A stretch of 64,000 nucleotides of DNA, taken from NCBI RefSeq assembly GCF_006345805.1, contig NC_043008.1:74896001-74960000 (forward strand), read 5' to 3'. The notes below the pieces were generated by a model that had not been told where the DNA came from, searched no databases, and saw only the letters and a program-made list of their open reading frames with translations. Source of the DNA: Octopus sinensis (Eukaryota). Both the position numbers and the translations under genes were made by a program. Of the stretch, positions 1 through 12,475 are shown in pieces (the first letter of the stretch is position 1; each line of letters starts with the position of its first letter).

Positions 1-451
1 CATGTAAACAAAATGAGATAATCATGTAGAAGATGAAAACATGGAAAGATGTGGGGGAAGTTGATTTGGGATTAAGAAAAGGATAAAGGATGGCAGCAAG
101 AAATTGTTGCAGAGGACAACACATGAATAACCAACATCAGTATGGAAAAACTATTAAAGAATGATGGTGGTGGTAGTAATAATGTTGAAGATCCACATAT
201 TTCTCTTCTATAGAAAATAAGATAAATTCTTTTAGATATGATGGTCATTTATGAAAATTTTCATTGTTTGAAATGTTGAAAATTACATACTTATGCTTTA
301 TTAAGTTTTGTTGTGTTGAGGAGTTATTCTTTCTCTCTTTCTGTTGCCCCCTCTCACTCCCTCCTTATCCCTCCTCTCTCTCTATCTATCTATATGGGTG
401 TGTGAGCATGCATATATATGTGTGTGTGTTTGTGTGTATGTATGTATATGC

Positions 452-489
<38 letters not shown>

Positions 490-508
490 ATGTATGTATA
501 TAGGTATA

Positions 509-669
509 GGCATACGAGTGGCTGTGTGGTAAGTAGCTTGCTTACCAACCACATGGCTTTGGGTTCAGTCCCACTACATGGCACCTTGGGCAAGTGTCTT
601 CTACTATATCCTCGGTCCGACAAAATCCTTGTGAATGGATTTGGTAAATGGAAACTGAAAGAAGGCTGT

Positions 670-732
<63 letters not shown>

Positions 733-858
733 CTGTTGGTTCCCCCACCATCACTTGACAACCAAAGTTGGTGTGTTTACGTCCCCATAGCTTAGTGGTT
801 CGACTAAAGGCAGTGCTCCAGCATTGTTGCAGTCAAATGACTGAAACAAATAAAAGAA
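509..858 (+). mobile_element. tRNA-derived SINE, family A (CORE-like segment), with internal (TA)n and an internal deletion
   Basis: Head GGCATACGAGTGGCTGTGTGGTAAG...GGGTTCAGTCCC (A/B-box-like), CCTTGGGCAAGT CORE-like motif, tail GTGCTCCAGCAT...ACTGAAACAA. Matches about 10 other copies in the window. About 65 bp missing after TGGTTCG relative to the 42687 copy. Confidence 0.9.
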
Positions 859-953
859 TGTGTGTGTGTGTGTGTGTTTATATATATATATATTACTCAT
901 TCTATTGACAAATATATGAGTGCATGTTTTTCTGACTAACGGTTTCTTACACA

Positions 954-993
<40 letters not shown>

Positions 994-1191
994 GTATACA
1001 TGTGTATATAAATATGTAAATATATGCAGGTATATATCTATATATTTGTATATATATATATATATGCATTTGTATGTGTGTGTATATAGAGCGCACAATG
1101 TTTCTGAAGGTTGGCAATGGTCTTCTTCAGTCACGAGTGGACGGCCATCATATGTATATGCAAGTATATTATATATATTTGTATATGTATA

Positions 1192-1240
<49 letters not shown>

Positions 1241-1280
1241 ATATATATGTGTGTGTGTGTGTGTATATATATATGTATAG

Positions 1281-1900
1281 TAACCTGCCTAAAATTTTTG
1301 TTAAGAGTAAGTTACTTAAGGTTGTCGATTTGTTCATCTACCTTGGAAGCTCTGTACAAAATGATGGAAATCTTGAGACTCAAATACATCTGTGAATTCA
1401 AATGGTAGTAAAAGCATTTGGTGGCTTGGAGTCACGCGTTTGGTGCCAGCGACATATAAATAAGAATACAAAGCTGGCTCTTTACAAATCATTTGTCTTA
1501 CCATCCCAATTGTATTCTTGTGAAACATGGACTTGTTATGAAAGGCATTTTAAATTGTTAGAACAATTCCACCAAAAATGCCTTCATCGCATTTTAAACA
1601 TTAAATGGAGTTCTTTTACTCCTAACACAGATGTCCTTGCATATGCAGGCATCAGCTCAATGAAAGTTATGATTTTGAGGAACCAAATGAGATGGTGTGG
1701 CCATATCGTTCAAATGGCAGATGTATGTATGCTGAAACAGCTGTTTTTTTTGAGCTTGCTGAGGGGAAATGCTATAGGCATAAACCTAAAAACAAGGTTT
1801 AAGGACGGTATAAGGATTACTATGAAGTAACTTGGAATGGATCCAGAAGATATAGAAACAGGTGTCCTGCCACTGCCAAGGATGCAAGAGAATATACCCG
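1281..1900 (+). pseudogene. RTE-clade LINE ORF C-terminal fragment (RT thumb region), a different family from the 5 and 17 kb copies
   Basis: Translation LKVVDLFIYLGS...AFGGLESRVW...KLALYKSFVLPSQLYSCETWT...FHQKCLHRILNIKW...RWCGHIVQM, with a stop and a frameshift. Confidence 0.85.
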
Positions 1901-2970
1901 AAGCCAACCAAGGCTAACCATGAGATGGGAGAAAAATCAAAAAAATGGTCATTAAGGGGTGGAGTTCTGTTAAGAAATTAGTTAGTGAATAGGGGTAATA
2001 TATTTATGGTCACCATCCAAGGATGGTGGGGTAGAGGATGTAAATTGGAGTCAGCTAGATTGGTTCATGTCAGAAAATGGAGATGAAGTATAGGTAATTA
2101 TATATGTATTTTTATGTTATTCTTTTTTTTACACTAGGATTAAAAATGTAGGTAGCAGGAAATGAACTGAAGACAAGGTAAGAAAAGTAAAGTAAAAAAT
2201 TAATAAATAAATGAATAAAGTCAATTAAGTACAGGGTTAGCTTGTAGCATGCCCTTGTTAAAGATTAAAATTCAAAGAGAAGAGGGATGAGATACCTTCA
2301 GAATTTGGGGTTATACAGGGGATAGTGGTTAACGGTGGAGGAGGGTTGGATGGGAACTCAAATAATTAGTTCTATTAATGGTAGAATGGTTGTGTTTTGT
2401 GTGATAATTTCATCTGGTAGAGAAAAATAGAGGTACACTGTTAATGTAGAAACAAATACATTATATGCAATAGAGAAACCCACTTGTAATAAGAGAACAT
2501 GTGCACCTGGAATGGAATTATTACTGTTACAAATGGTGTGTAAGGAAATTAAAGGTAGTAATATTAGTGTACTACCTGTCATTTCAGTTTTGAAGTTCGA
2601 AGAATAAGAGAATTATCTAATAAATATCACTTAATACCGAACAAAGAGGGTATACCAGATCAAATATCTTAGCAAACAAGTAGGTAGCAGTTATCTATTA
2701 ATTAACATTTTAGTTTGATTTATTGGTGTCGTTAAAACTGATAGGCATAGGTGAGAAGTTCAGATGATATGTTGCTTCATTATTTTGAGCAGCACAAATA
2801 ACAATAACTTAGTAAAAAGATTCTTTACTTAGTGGAATTGAAAAAGCTTGCTAAGGGTTTGTAGGCTGTTAGTTTATAGGTTGGATATGAATGTGTACCA
2901 CAAATACGTAATACTAGGCAAACTAGATAGAAGTATAGTTCCTTTATTATCACCTACTATGCAAATAATG

Positions 2971-3384
2971 TTATTTTTAGACTATGCTGTATGGAGGTGT
3001 ACGAAATATTAAAGCAATCGAATAATGAATATTTAATTAATAATAAATTAGACCATCATCTTTCATGTATACGTAAAGTAACCCATATCTTTGAATATTT
3101 TAAGAACATCACATAACCTCTATTCTAGGTTTTAGAATATAGTAATTAGGGATAGGATGTGTTGAAATGGGAAAAAGGAGAAGACTATGCAGTTTATTGA
3201 ACTTTGGGGACTGAGGTTGTTTTGTCCTAGGATAAAGGTTATGTGATGTCCTTAAAATATTCAAAGGTACAGATTATTTTATGTATACATAAAAGATGTT
3301 GGTCTAATTTATCATTAATTAAATATTCATTATTCGATGGCTTTAATATTTCATACAGCTCCATACAACATAGTCTAAAAATAA
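2971..3384. repeat. Fold-back inverted repeat, about 159-bp arms
   Basis: 2971-3129 is the approximate reverse complement of 3226-3384. Confidence 0.85.
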
Positions 3385-3765
3385 TTTGTATAGATCATTT
3401 TTATCTTAAGTTACTTTTATTTTATTATTATTATTTTTATTTATATGTTTATCTTATTCTTATTTTGTACCCTTTTACTACCATCTTATTTTTTATTCCT
3501 TTCTCATATCTCTCTTTCTCTCCTCTCACTGACTCACAAAACCTATTTACGTCCATACTTTCTTGCTCTATACACACATTTACAATATAAATACATCAAA
3601 TATTGCTTGGATTTACGTGGGATTTTAACTACAGACCTTTACCTTCATAGAAGTACTGACCAACATCCATATCCTCTGGAAAAATATGAGTTGTGAACAA
3701 TATTCTCCTGCCTATATTAGTCTGACTACTTTTACTCTTTATTCTTCTATTTTAATCCTTATCCT

Positions 3766-4051
3766 TGTGAGAGTTTATTGAGCAAAAACGCCTAAAGCTC
3801 CATGAAGCTCCAGCAAGGGGTGGTGGCAAACCCTACTGTACTCTTTCACTCTTTCTTCCTGTCTATGTTGTACCTGCATTTCAAAAGGCCAGCCTTGTCG
3901 CCTTCTGTGTCATTCTGAATCTCCCCAAGAACTATGTTAAGGGTACACATATCTGTGGAGTACTCAGCCACTTGCACATTAATTTCACAAGCAGACTGTT
4001 CTGTTGATTGGATCAACTGGATTCTTTGTTATCATAACCAACAGAGTGCCA
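3766..4051 (+). mobile_element. 5'-truncated SINE family B (same family as 42411)
   Basis: GTTTATTGAGCAAAAACGCCTAAAGCTCC...GGGGTGGTGG...CTGTACTCTTTCAC is shared with 42490-42570. Confidence 0.75.
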
Positions 4052-4161
4052 CGTATGTGTGTGTGTATGATATATGTATATATTTACATATGTATATTCT
4101 ATGCATGTGTAGGCACACACAAATGTATGTATGTGTATGTCTATATATGTACATATATATA

Positions 4162-4197
<36 letters not shown>

Positions 4198-4230
4198 TGT
4201 ATGCATATATGTATGTATATATATGTATAT

Positions 4231-6410
4231 ATCATCATCATCATTTAACATTAATTTTGTATGCTGGCATGGGTTGGGCGGTTTGACTGAAGACTGGCAA
4301 ACCAGATGGCTGCCCCAGGCTCCAATCTGATCTGGCAAAGTTTCTACAGCTGGATACCCTTTTTAATGCCAACCACTCTGAGTGTGTAGTGGGTGCTTTT
4401 TATGTGCCACCAGTATAGGAGCCAGTCAGTCTGGATGCTATCAGCACAGGAGCCAGTCGGGGGACACTGGCAATTACCACATTTTGATGGTGCTTTTACG
4501 TGCCTCTCACATGGGGAGCCAGTCAGATGGCACTGGCATTGACTCATGCTTGATTAGTGCTTATTACATGCCACCACCATGGGTGACAGTCAGGTGGCAC
4601 TGGCATCAGCTACAATTATGATTTCCATTTTGATTTTACTTGACTCAATAGGTCTTCTCAAGTGCAACGTATTGCCCAACGATTCAAAAGTACTTTTACA
4701 TGGGCTGGTTATGCAACTGTGGCACTGGCCACAGCTGTGATCTCACTTTACTTGTCGGGTCTTCTCAATCACAAAATATCTCCAAAGGTCTCGGTCTCTT
4801 GTCATTGTCTCTGTGAGGCCCAATGTTCGAAGGTCGTGATTTACCACTTCATCCCATGTCTTTCTGGGTCTCCCTCTTCCATGGGTTCCTTCCACTGTTA
4901 GGGTGTGATACTTCTTCACACAGCACATGACCATACCAGTGCAGTTGTCTCTCTTGCACACCACATCTGATGCTTCTTATGTCCAAGATTTCTCTCGGGG
5001 CACTTAAACTCTGTCGTGTATGCACACTGACATTACAAATCCTGCGGATCATACTAGCTTCATTTCTTTCAAGCCTATGTGTGTCCTCAACAGTCATGGC
5101 CTGCATTTCACTGCTATCATAGCATAGCTGTTTGCACACATGCATCATACAGTCTACCTTTCACTCTGAGTGAGAGGCCTTTTGTTACCAGCAGAGGTAG
5201 GAGCTTTCTGAACTTTGCCCAGGTTATTCTTATTCAAGTGGCAACACTCTCGGAGCATCTAACCCACCTACAGACTCGGTCATCTAGGTAGAAGAAGTTG
5301 TCAAGTACCTCTTGTTTCTACCCCTGTTTTCTGTACATCTTTGGTGTTTATTATCCTTGTGCATCTGCCACATACAAAACTATCTTTCTGGTTAACCTTC
5401 CTTTGATATTGCTGCACCTCTTATGTGTCATTAGCTTTCACTGGGTAGATCTTATGGAGTTTCTACCTATGCCTTTTCTACAGATCGGGCAGGGTTTAGT
5501 GATTTGATTACCTTCTTACTTACTAGGACTTTGGTTTTTACAACATTGACTCTAAAGCCCTTCGATTCTAGACCATATTTCCACACTTGAAACTTCATCT
5601 CTAGTTCTGGTAGTGACTCAGCTATTACAGTAAGGTCATCAACATAGAGGAGCTCCCTGAGGAAGCTTGTCTTGAATTCCTCTGTTATTGCCTGGTGGAC
5701 TATGATGAATGAGAGGGGGCTGAGGACTGATTCTTGGTGAACCCTTACTTCTACCCGGAATTCTTCACTATACTTATTGCCAACTCTCACCTTACTGACA
5801 GCATCCCTGTACAGGGCTTGTACAGTTCTTACCAACCACTCATCTCTCCCTAGTTTCCGCATTGACCACCAGATAAAGGATTAGGGGACCCTGCCAAAGG
5901 CTTTCTCCAAATCAACAAAAGCCAAATAAAGAGCTTTATGTTTGGCTATGTATTTCTCCTGCAGTTGCCTTACCAGAAATACAGCATCTACCTGCTTCTA
6001 CCTGGCACAAAACCAAACTACATCTCATCTCAGCTAACTCTCTCCCTAATTAGTTGGGCTATGACCCTCTCCATGATGCTCATCACCTGATCCAGCTGTT
6101 TGATACCCCTGTAGTTATTTCTATCTAAAGCATCACCTTTGCCTTTGTAGTAGTTGACTATGGTGCTACAACATCAGTCAATGGGTATGACTCCTTCATG
6201 AACTACCTGGTTTAGAATATGGGTGACTGGACCATAACCCTCATCATCAGATATTTTAAGCATCTCAGCAGTGATTCCTGATGGGCTGGGGGCTTTTTCT
6301 GTCTTGATATCTTTAATTGCTGTATCTACCAGGGTACTGTTGATTTGGGCAGCTGGTCCCTCAATTAGGTTAACATTTGGCAGGCTCTCCTCCAATTCAT
6401 TCTCCATTTT
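4231..6410 (-). mobile_element. RTE-clade LINE, 5'-truncated and degraded (RT plus 3'UTR plus (GAT)n tail)
   Basis: Minus-strand fragments KAPSPSGITAEMLK, ELLYVDDL, LERNEASMIRRIC, GRGRPRKTWDEVV. Collinear with the 16539-19113 copy. (ATC)n at 4231. Confidence 0.93.
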
Positions 6411-6510
6411 CATATGTGTCAGTAAAATTTATTTTGCCGATATGGTTACTTTTTATATGCTAGCCACTGATATAACCATTTTAATGATTATATCCTTAAT
6501 TTATAAATGC

Positions 6511-6547
<37 letters not shown>

Positions 6548-6552
<5 letters not shown>

Positions 6553-6742
6553 TATATAGAGGGCATTATTACACATAACTGCCACATGCTAGGAGGGACT
6601 GTTAAAGTCAAAACTACTAAAATAAACATATTGTACCGAAAGCAAGTCTTTCGTTACGATATGTTTATTTTAGTAGTTTTGACTTTAACAGTCCCTCCTA
6701 GGGTGTGGCATTTATGTGTAATAATGTCCTCTATATAATAAA
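6548..6742. repeat. Near-perfect palindrome (95-bp arms, 5-nt loop), MITE/fold-back-like
   Basis: 6548-6642 vs 6648-6742 reverse complement, 6 mismatches counted, loop CAAGT, next to (TA)n. Confidence 0.92.
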
Positions 6743-6870
6743 AATAAATATATTTAAGTGGAAAAAATTGATGGATTTTTTTCTCTTATGAGGTTTTTCA
6801 CGCTAACTACTTGATAAATTCTTATAAAGATTTTATCCTATTTTTAAAATATATATAAATATATATATAT

Positions 6871-6904
6871 ATGACGGGTCAATACCCAGAAACTCGAGTC
6901 TGTG
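6871..6904 (+). ncRNA. 5'-truncated minimal hammerhead-like motif
   Basis: ATGA-C-GGGT caat ACCC-A-GAAA-CTCGAG-TC. Palindromic stem III ACTCGAGT. The CTG of the core is replaced by (TA)n. Confidence 0.5.
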
Positions 6905-7102
6905 TGTATCATAAGTTGAAGACGGGAAGGATGGCTTCCCTTTGCAAACACTGATAGGGCACAGAAAGTGTGTCTAAAGCCAGCTGGAGGAGGTGTCTGT
7001 CCTCCTTGGGCTACAAGCTACAGTAGCATCCACCCTTAGGGGTTAGCCATATTTAAATGGCAAATATACGTCACTATATATATATAAATATATATATTCT
7101 AT

Positions 7103-7923
7103 TATTCTTTTACTTGTTTCAGTCTTTTGACTGCAGCCATACTGGAGCACCACTTTTAGTTGAACAGATCAACCCCAGGTCTTATTCTATTGGGCTCTTT
7201 TGTTGAAACACTAAGCTACAGGGTTGGAAACACACCACCATCGGTGGTCAAACAATGGTGGGAGGCAAACACACACACACACATAAATATATATATATAT
7301 ATTAGAACCAAAATCGAAGTCGATCAACATCAATGAAAATAGCAGCTGTGATACCAGTGCCGGTGGCACGTAAACGAACCATCCGATCGTGGCCGTTGCC
7401 AGCACCGCCCCGACTGGCCTCCATGCCGGTGGCACGTAAAAAGCACCATCCGATCGTGGCCATTGCCAGCCTCGCCTGGCCCCTGTGCCAGTGGCACGTA
7501 AAAAGCACCATCTGACCATGGCCGTTTGCCAGCCCTGTCTGGTACCTGTGCCGGTGGCACGTAAAAAGCACCCACTACACTCATGGAGTGGTTGGTGTTA
7601 GGAAGAGCATCCAGCCGTAGAAACATTGCCAGATCAGACTGGGCCTGGTGCAGCCTTCTGGCTTCCCAGACCCCAGTTGAACTGTCCAACCCATGCTAGC
7701 ATGGAAAGCGGACAATAAATGATGATGATGATGATATATATATATATGTATACGATGGGCTTCTTGGCTTCTTTCAGTTTTCATCTACCAAATCCACTCA
7801 CGAGGCTTTCGTCAGTTTGAGGCCATAGTAGATGACACTTGCCCAAGGTGCCATGGAGTGGGGTTGATCTTGGAACCATGTGGTTTCAAAGCAAGCTTCT
7901 TACCACACAGCCACTCCTGCGCC
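7103..7923 (-). mobile_element. SINE family A interrupted by an RTE 3' fragment
   Basis: SINE tail at 7103-7280 and head at 7745-7923 on the minus strand. An RTE 3'UTR sits in its internal (TA)n. Confidence 0.85.
7304..7735 (+). mobile_element. RTE LINE 3'UTR fragment with ~60-bp subrepeats and (GAT)n tail
   Basis: Four GTGCCGGTGGCACGTAAAAAGCACC-type units, end CCAACCCATGCTAGCATGGAAAGCGGAC-(GAT)n shared with the RTE copies. Confidence 0.88.
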
Positions 7924-8172
7924 TGTATGTATATATATAAAAGTAAAATTTTACTATGGATAAGGCAGCGTAGCATTTGGTTATAAATAAATAAATATAA
8001 AATACATCAAGTACAGGACATCGCCAATGCGTGAAAAATACGTAGACATTCGAGAGATAAGTACTGGAGAAAATACTAAAAAAATACACAATAAGAACAG
8101 GACATCACCAATGAGTGAAAAATACGTAAACGTATGAGAGACAAGTATGGGACAAAATATCGAAAGAAGTCT

Positions 8173-8250
8173 AACTCCTCCTCAATTGTTGACTGTTAAC
8201 TATTCCCTATTTCAAGTTTTCAACAAGATAGGAAACCGTCATAAAACAGT
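8173..8250 (-). ncRNA. Hammerhead-like motif with non-canonical strand order (core C3U)
   Basis: Minus strand: CCTA-T-C-TTGTTGA a AACTT-GAAA-TAGG gaatagttaacag TCAACAA-TTGAGGA-G-GAGTT. All three stems pair. Confidence 0.65.
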
Positions 8251-9754
8251 AGCATCCAGAAATATAAAAAATATAAAATTTGTAGTGGGTTAGAACTTCG
8301 GACTAACAAACAACGACAAAGTGGACGTACAGAGTAAACAATCGATGAAGATATTAAGGGCCGTTAAGCCAAGACGTATTGTGATGGGTAACACCTGGGA
8401 CAAATTTTGAAAGGGTATAGAATAAATAGAAGCGAAGAAAATGGTAGAAGAGAAAATCAAGAGAGAAAAAAATGTCAGGAGGTGAGTAAAATGATGTCTG
8501 TCCAAGTGGATGTCACTTCCAGAAAAGACAGAGGTGAGAGAAATGACCTGTAGTCACATGGGAGCAAACAGGCAGAGGAGTAGGGGAACAAAAGAGAGGA
8601 TGAGAGAAAGAAACAGAGGGAGTGAGGAGAAGAGAGAAGGAATGAAAGATAGTATGGAGTGGAAGAAAGAGAGAGAGGGGACAACAAAGAAGGAGGGGGA
8701 GAAATGGAAAATAAAGATGATTATTGAGGGATAGAGAGAAAGAAAGGGAACAGAGAGTAGAGTTGCAGAAATTATGAATGAAAGTAAAAACTGTAGACAA
8801 GGCTGTGTGGCGTTTACTTTTAAGCTCCCCATTCTTATAAACACTGAGTAAATAACTAATTCACTTTGTAATTTGTGCACCAAACCTCATGTGCTTATGT
8901 TCACATTTTTGCGGATGCTTGTATGAGTGAATGTACTCGCACCATGCAGCTTGCCTGACGGCGTTTATACATCCATATTTGTTACTGGTTATTTCTAATA
9001 GTTTTCTTACTGGATTGCATGTTCGTTTCTCTTTTTGTCATCTGTGATTTTATTTTTTATCTTCTATATAAATGAAGATATTTCCTCTGTCTGGCCGTTT
9101 TTCTCTCTACAAAACAGAAAGTTATATTATGAAACAGTCATTTTAATGAGTTGTATTTATTTATCACCCAACGTGATACATCTGCACTGCTAGATGCTCC
9201 TGAACCAGTTGTTGAGTGTCAAGAGAAATTGATGCTAGATGTGTCGAAAGAATTGTCGTGATTAATAATAAATTCTCATATATTCCATCTTCTGTCTTTC
9301 ATTTGTTATATATATGTATGTATACTGTATACATATATATACACATACCACCACACCACACCACAACACAACACACAACACACCACACCACATCACACCA
9401 CCCTGTACACACTAGCATTGACCACTTACCAGTACCCATACCAAACCACACACCACCACACCACATCACACCACCCCACACACACTAGCACTGACCACTT
9501 CCCAGTACCCACACCATCATCCACATGCCTACACATGCACATACCCACACGTCAAGGTCACCAGCCCCTATCCACATGCACACACTTGCTCTCACATACA
9601 CATGTACATACACCTTCGTTTTGGGATCACCACTATTTTATTATCTTCCCTTCTTCATAGCTCTCCTGTCAGACCACCTCTGTTTGGCCATCGCCATGAT
9701 TGATCACTAGCCACTAAAGCTTTTTATTTTCTCTCCTTGCTTATTTCTGTGTTC

Positions 9755-9790
9755 CTTTGTGTTGAGGAGTGTAGGCTCCAAACGTAAAAG
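9755..9790 (+). ncRNA. Degenerate minimal type I hammerhead-like motif (family of 45748)
   Basis: CTTT-GTGTTGA-G-GAGT gtag GCTC-CAAA-CG-T-A-AAAG. Core damaged. The surrounding 9700-9866 matches 45695-45870. Confidence 0.35.
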
Positions 9791-9865
9791 ATTTTCTCAC
9801 TTCCCGAGCATTAAACTAATACATGTGTTTGTCCTTTTGTTTTGTTTTTTTTAATGTAATTCCAA

Positions 9866-9867
9866 CT

Positions 9868-9899
<32 letters not shown>

Positions 9900-10034
9900 A
9901 TATATATATATATAATATATATAGATATATATATACAAGTATATATATATATATAATATATATATATACATGTATATATACATGTATATATATATATACA
10001 TGTATATATATATATATTATATATATATATATAT

Positions 10035-10080
<46 letters not shown>

Positions 10081-10448
10081 ATATATATATATATATACAT
10101 GTATATATATATATGTAATATATATATATATACATGTATATATATATATATATATATACATGTATATATATATCTATATATATACATGTATATATATATA
10201 TATATACTTGTATATACATGTAATATATAATATGTATATATATGTATATATACATGTATATATATATATATATATTATGTATATAATATATATTACATGT
10301 ATAATATATATAATACATGTTATATATATATATATGTATATATATTGTTGTATATATATATATATATGTATATATATATGTATATATAATATATAGATGT
10401 ATATATATAAGATATACATGTATTATATTATCTATATACATGTATATG

Positions 10449-10486
<38 letters not shown>

Positions 10487-10953
10487 ATATATATATATAT
10501 ATCTATATACAACATGTATATATATCTACATTATATAATATATATATATATACATGTCTATAATATATATATATACATGTATATATGTATATATATATTA
10601 TAATATACATGTATGTATATATGTATATATATATATATATACATGTTATATATAATATATATATATATATATACATGTATAATATATCTATATATATATA
10701 TATATACATGTATATATATATAATCTATATATACATGTGTATATATATATATCTATATATATATATATAATACAATGATATATATATATATATATATAAC
10801 ATGTAATAATATATATCTATATATAGATATATATCTATATACATGTTATATTATATCTATATATATATATATACATGTATATATATTATATTATATTATA
10901 ATAATATATATCTAAATGTATATATATATATATATATTATATATATATATATA

Positions 10954-10985
<32 letters not shown>

Positions 10986-11641
10986 CTACATGTATATCTA
11001 TATATATATATATATATATCTATATATTATATACATGTATTATATATATATAGATATAATATATATCTATATATCTATATCTACATGATAGTATATATAG
11101 ATATATCTATATCTTAATATATCTATACTATAGACAATGTATATATATATATATAATATATACATGTATATATACATGTATATATATATGTATATATATG
11201 TATATATACATGTCTATATATAATATATATATATGTATCTATATATATATCTACATGTATATATTCTATATACATGTATATATATATATATGTATATCTA
11301 TATGTGTCTATATATATATATATGTATAATCCTATGTCTATATATAATCTCTTATATAATTATATATTATATATATCTAATATATATACATGTTATCTAT
11401 ATACTAGACCCTGTATATATATATATCTATTATACATATATATCTATACATGTAATATATATATATATATAATATACATGTATATATATCATACATGTAT
11501 ATTATATATATATATATATCCATGTATATATATATATATATACATGTATATATGTATTATATATATATATATACATGTATGTATATGTATATATATATAT
11601 ATATACATGTATATTATATATATATAATATATATACATGAT

Positions 11642-11673
<32 letters not shown>

Positions 11674-11835
11674 ATATATATATATATATACATGTGTATA
11701 TATATATATATAATATATATATATATACATGTATATATAATATATTATATATACATGTATATATATATCTATTATATATATATATATATCTATATACATG
11801 TAATATCTATATATATATATATATATATACATGTA

Positions 11836-11867
<32 letters not shown>

Positions 11868-11870
11868 TTC

Positions 11871-11946
<76 letters not shown>

Positions 11947-11992
11947 ATATATATATATATATATATCTATGTATATATATCTAATATACATG

Positions 11993-12062
<70 letters not shown>

Positions 12063-12475
12063 ATCTATATATATATATATATACATGATATATATATATA
12101 TATATTAATACATGTATATTATATATATATAATATCTATATATATATATATATATATAATATATATATTATACATGTATATATATATCTAATACATGTAT
12201 ATATATATATATATATATATTATACATGTATATATATGTATATATATATATATGTATGTATATGTATGCATTTACATCTATGCATATATATGTATGTATA
12301 TATATATGTATGTATATATGTATAAACATAAATATATATATATATGTATGTATATATGTATAAACATATATATATAAATATATATGTATATATATTTGTA
12401 TGTATATATAAATATATATGTATATATATTTGTATGTATATATATATATGTATATATATATATATACATATATAT
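9866..12475. repeat. ~2.6-kb (TA)n-dominated microsatellite with recurrent TACATGTA
   Basis: Directly visible. Source of dozens of spurious YIYI ORFs. Confidence 0.97.

Noticed and set aside
1088-1150. Minus-strand CTGAAGA...GAAACATT island between TA tracts
   Set aside because: Stems I and II do not pair convincingly. At best a decayed hammerhead.
7340-7570. Regularly spaced repeats resembling a CRISPR array (also 45038-45390)
   Set aside because: The spacers are similar to one another, the context is eukaryotic retroelement, and there are no cas genes.
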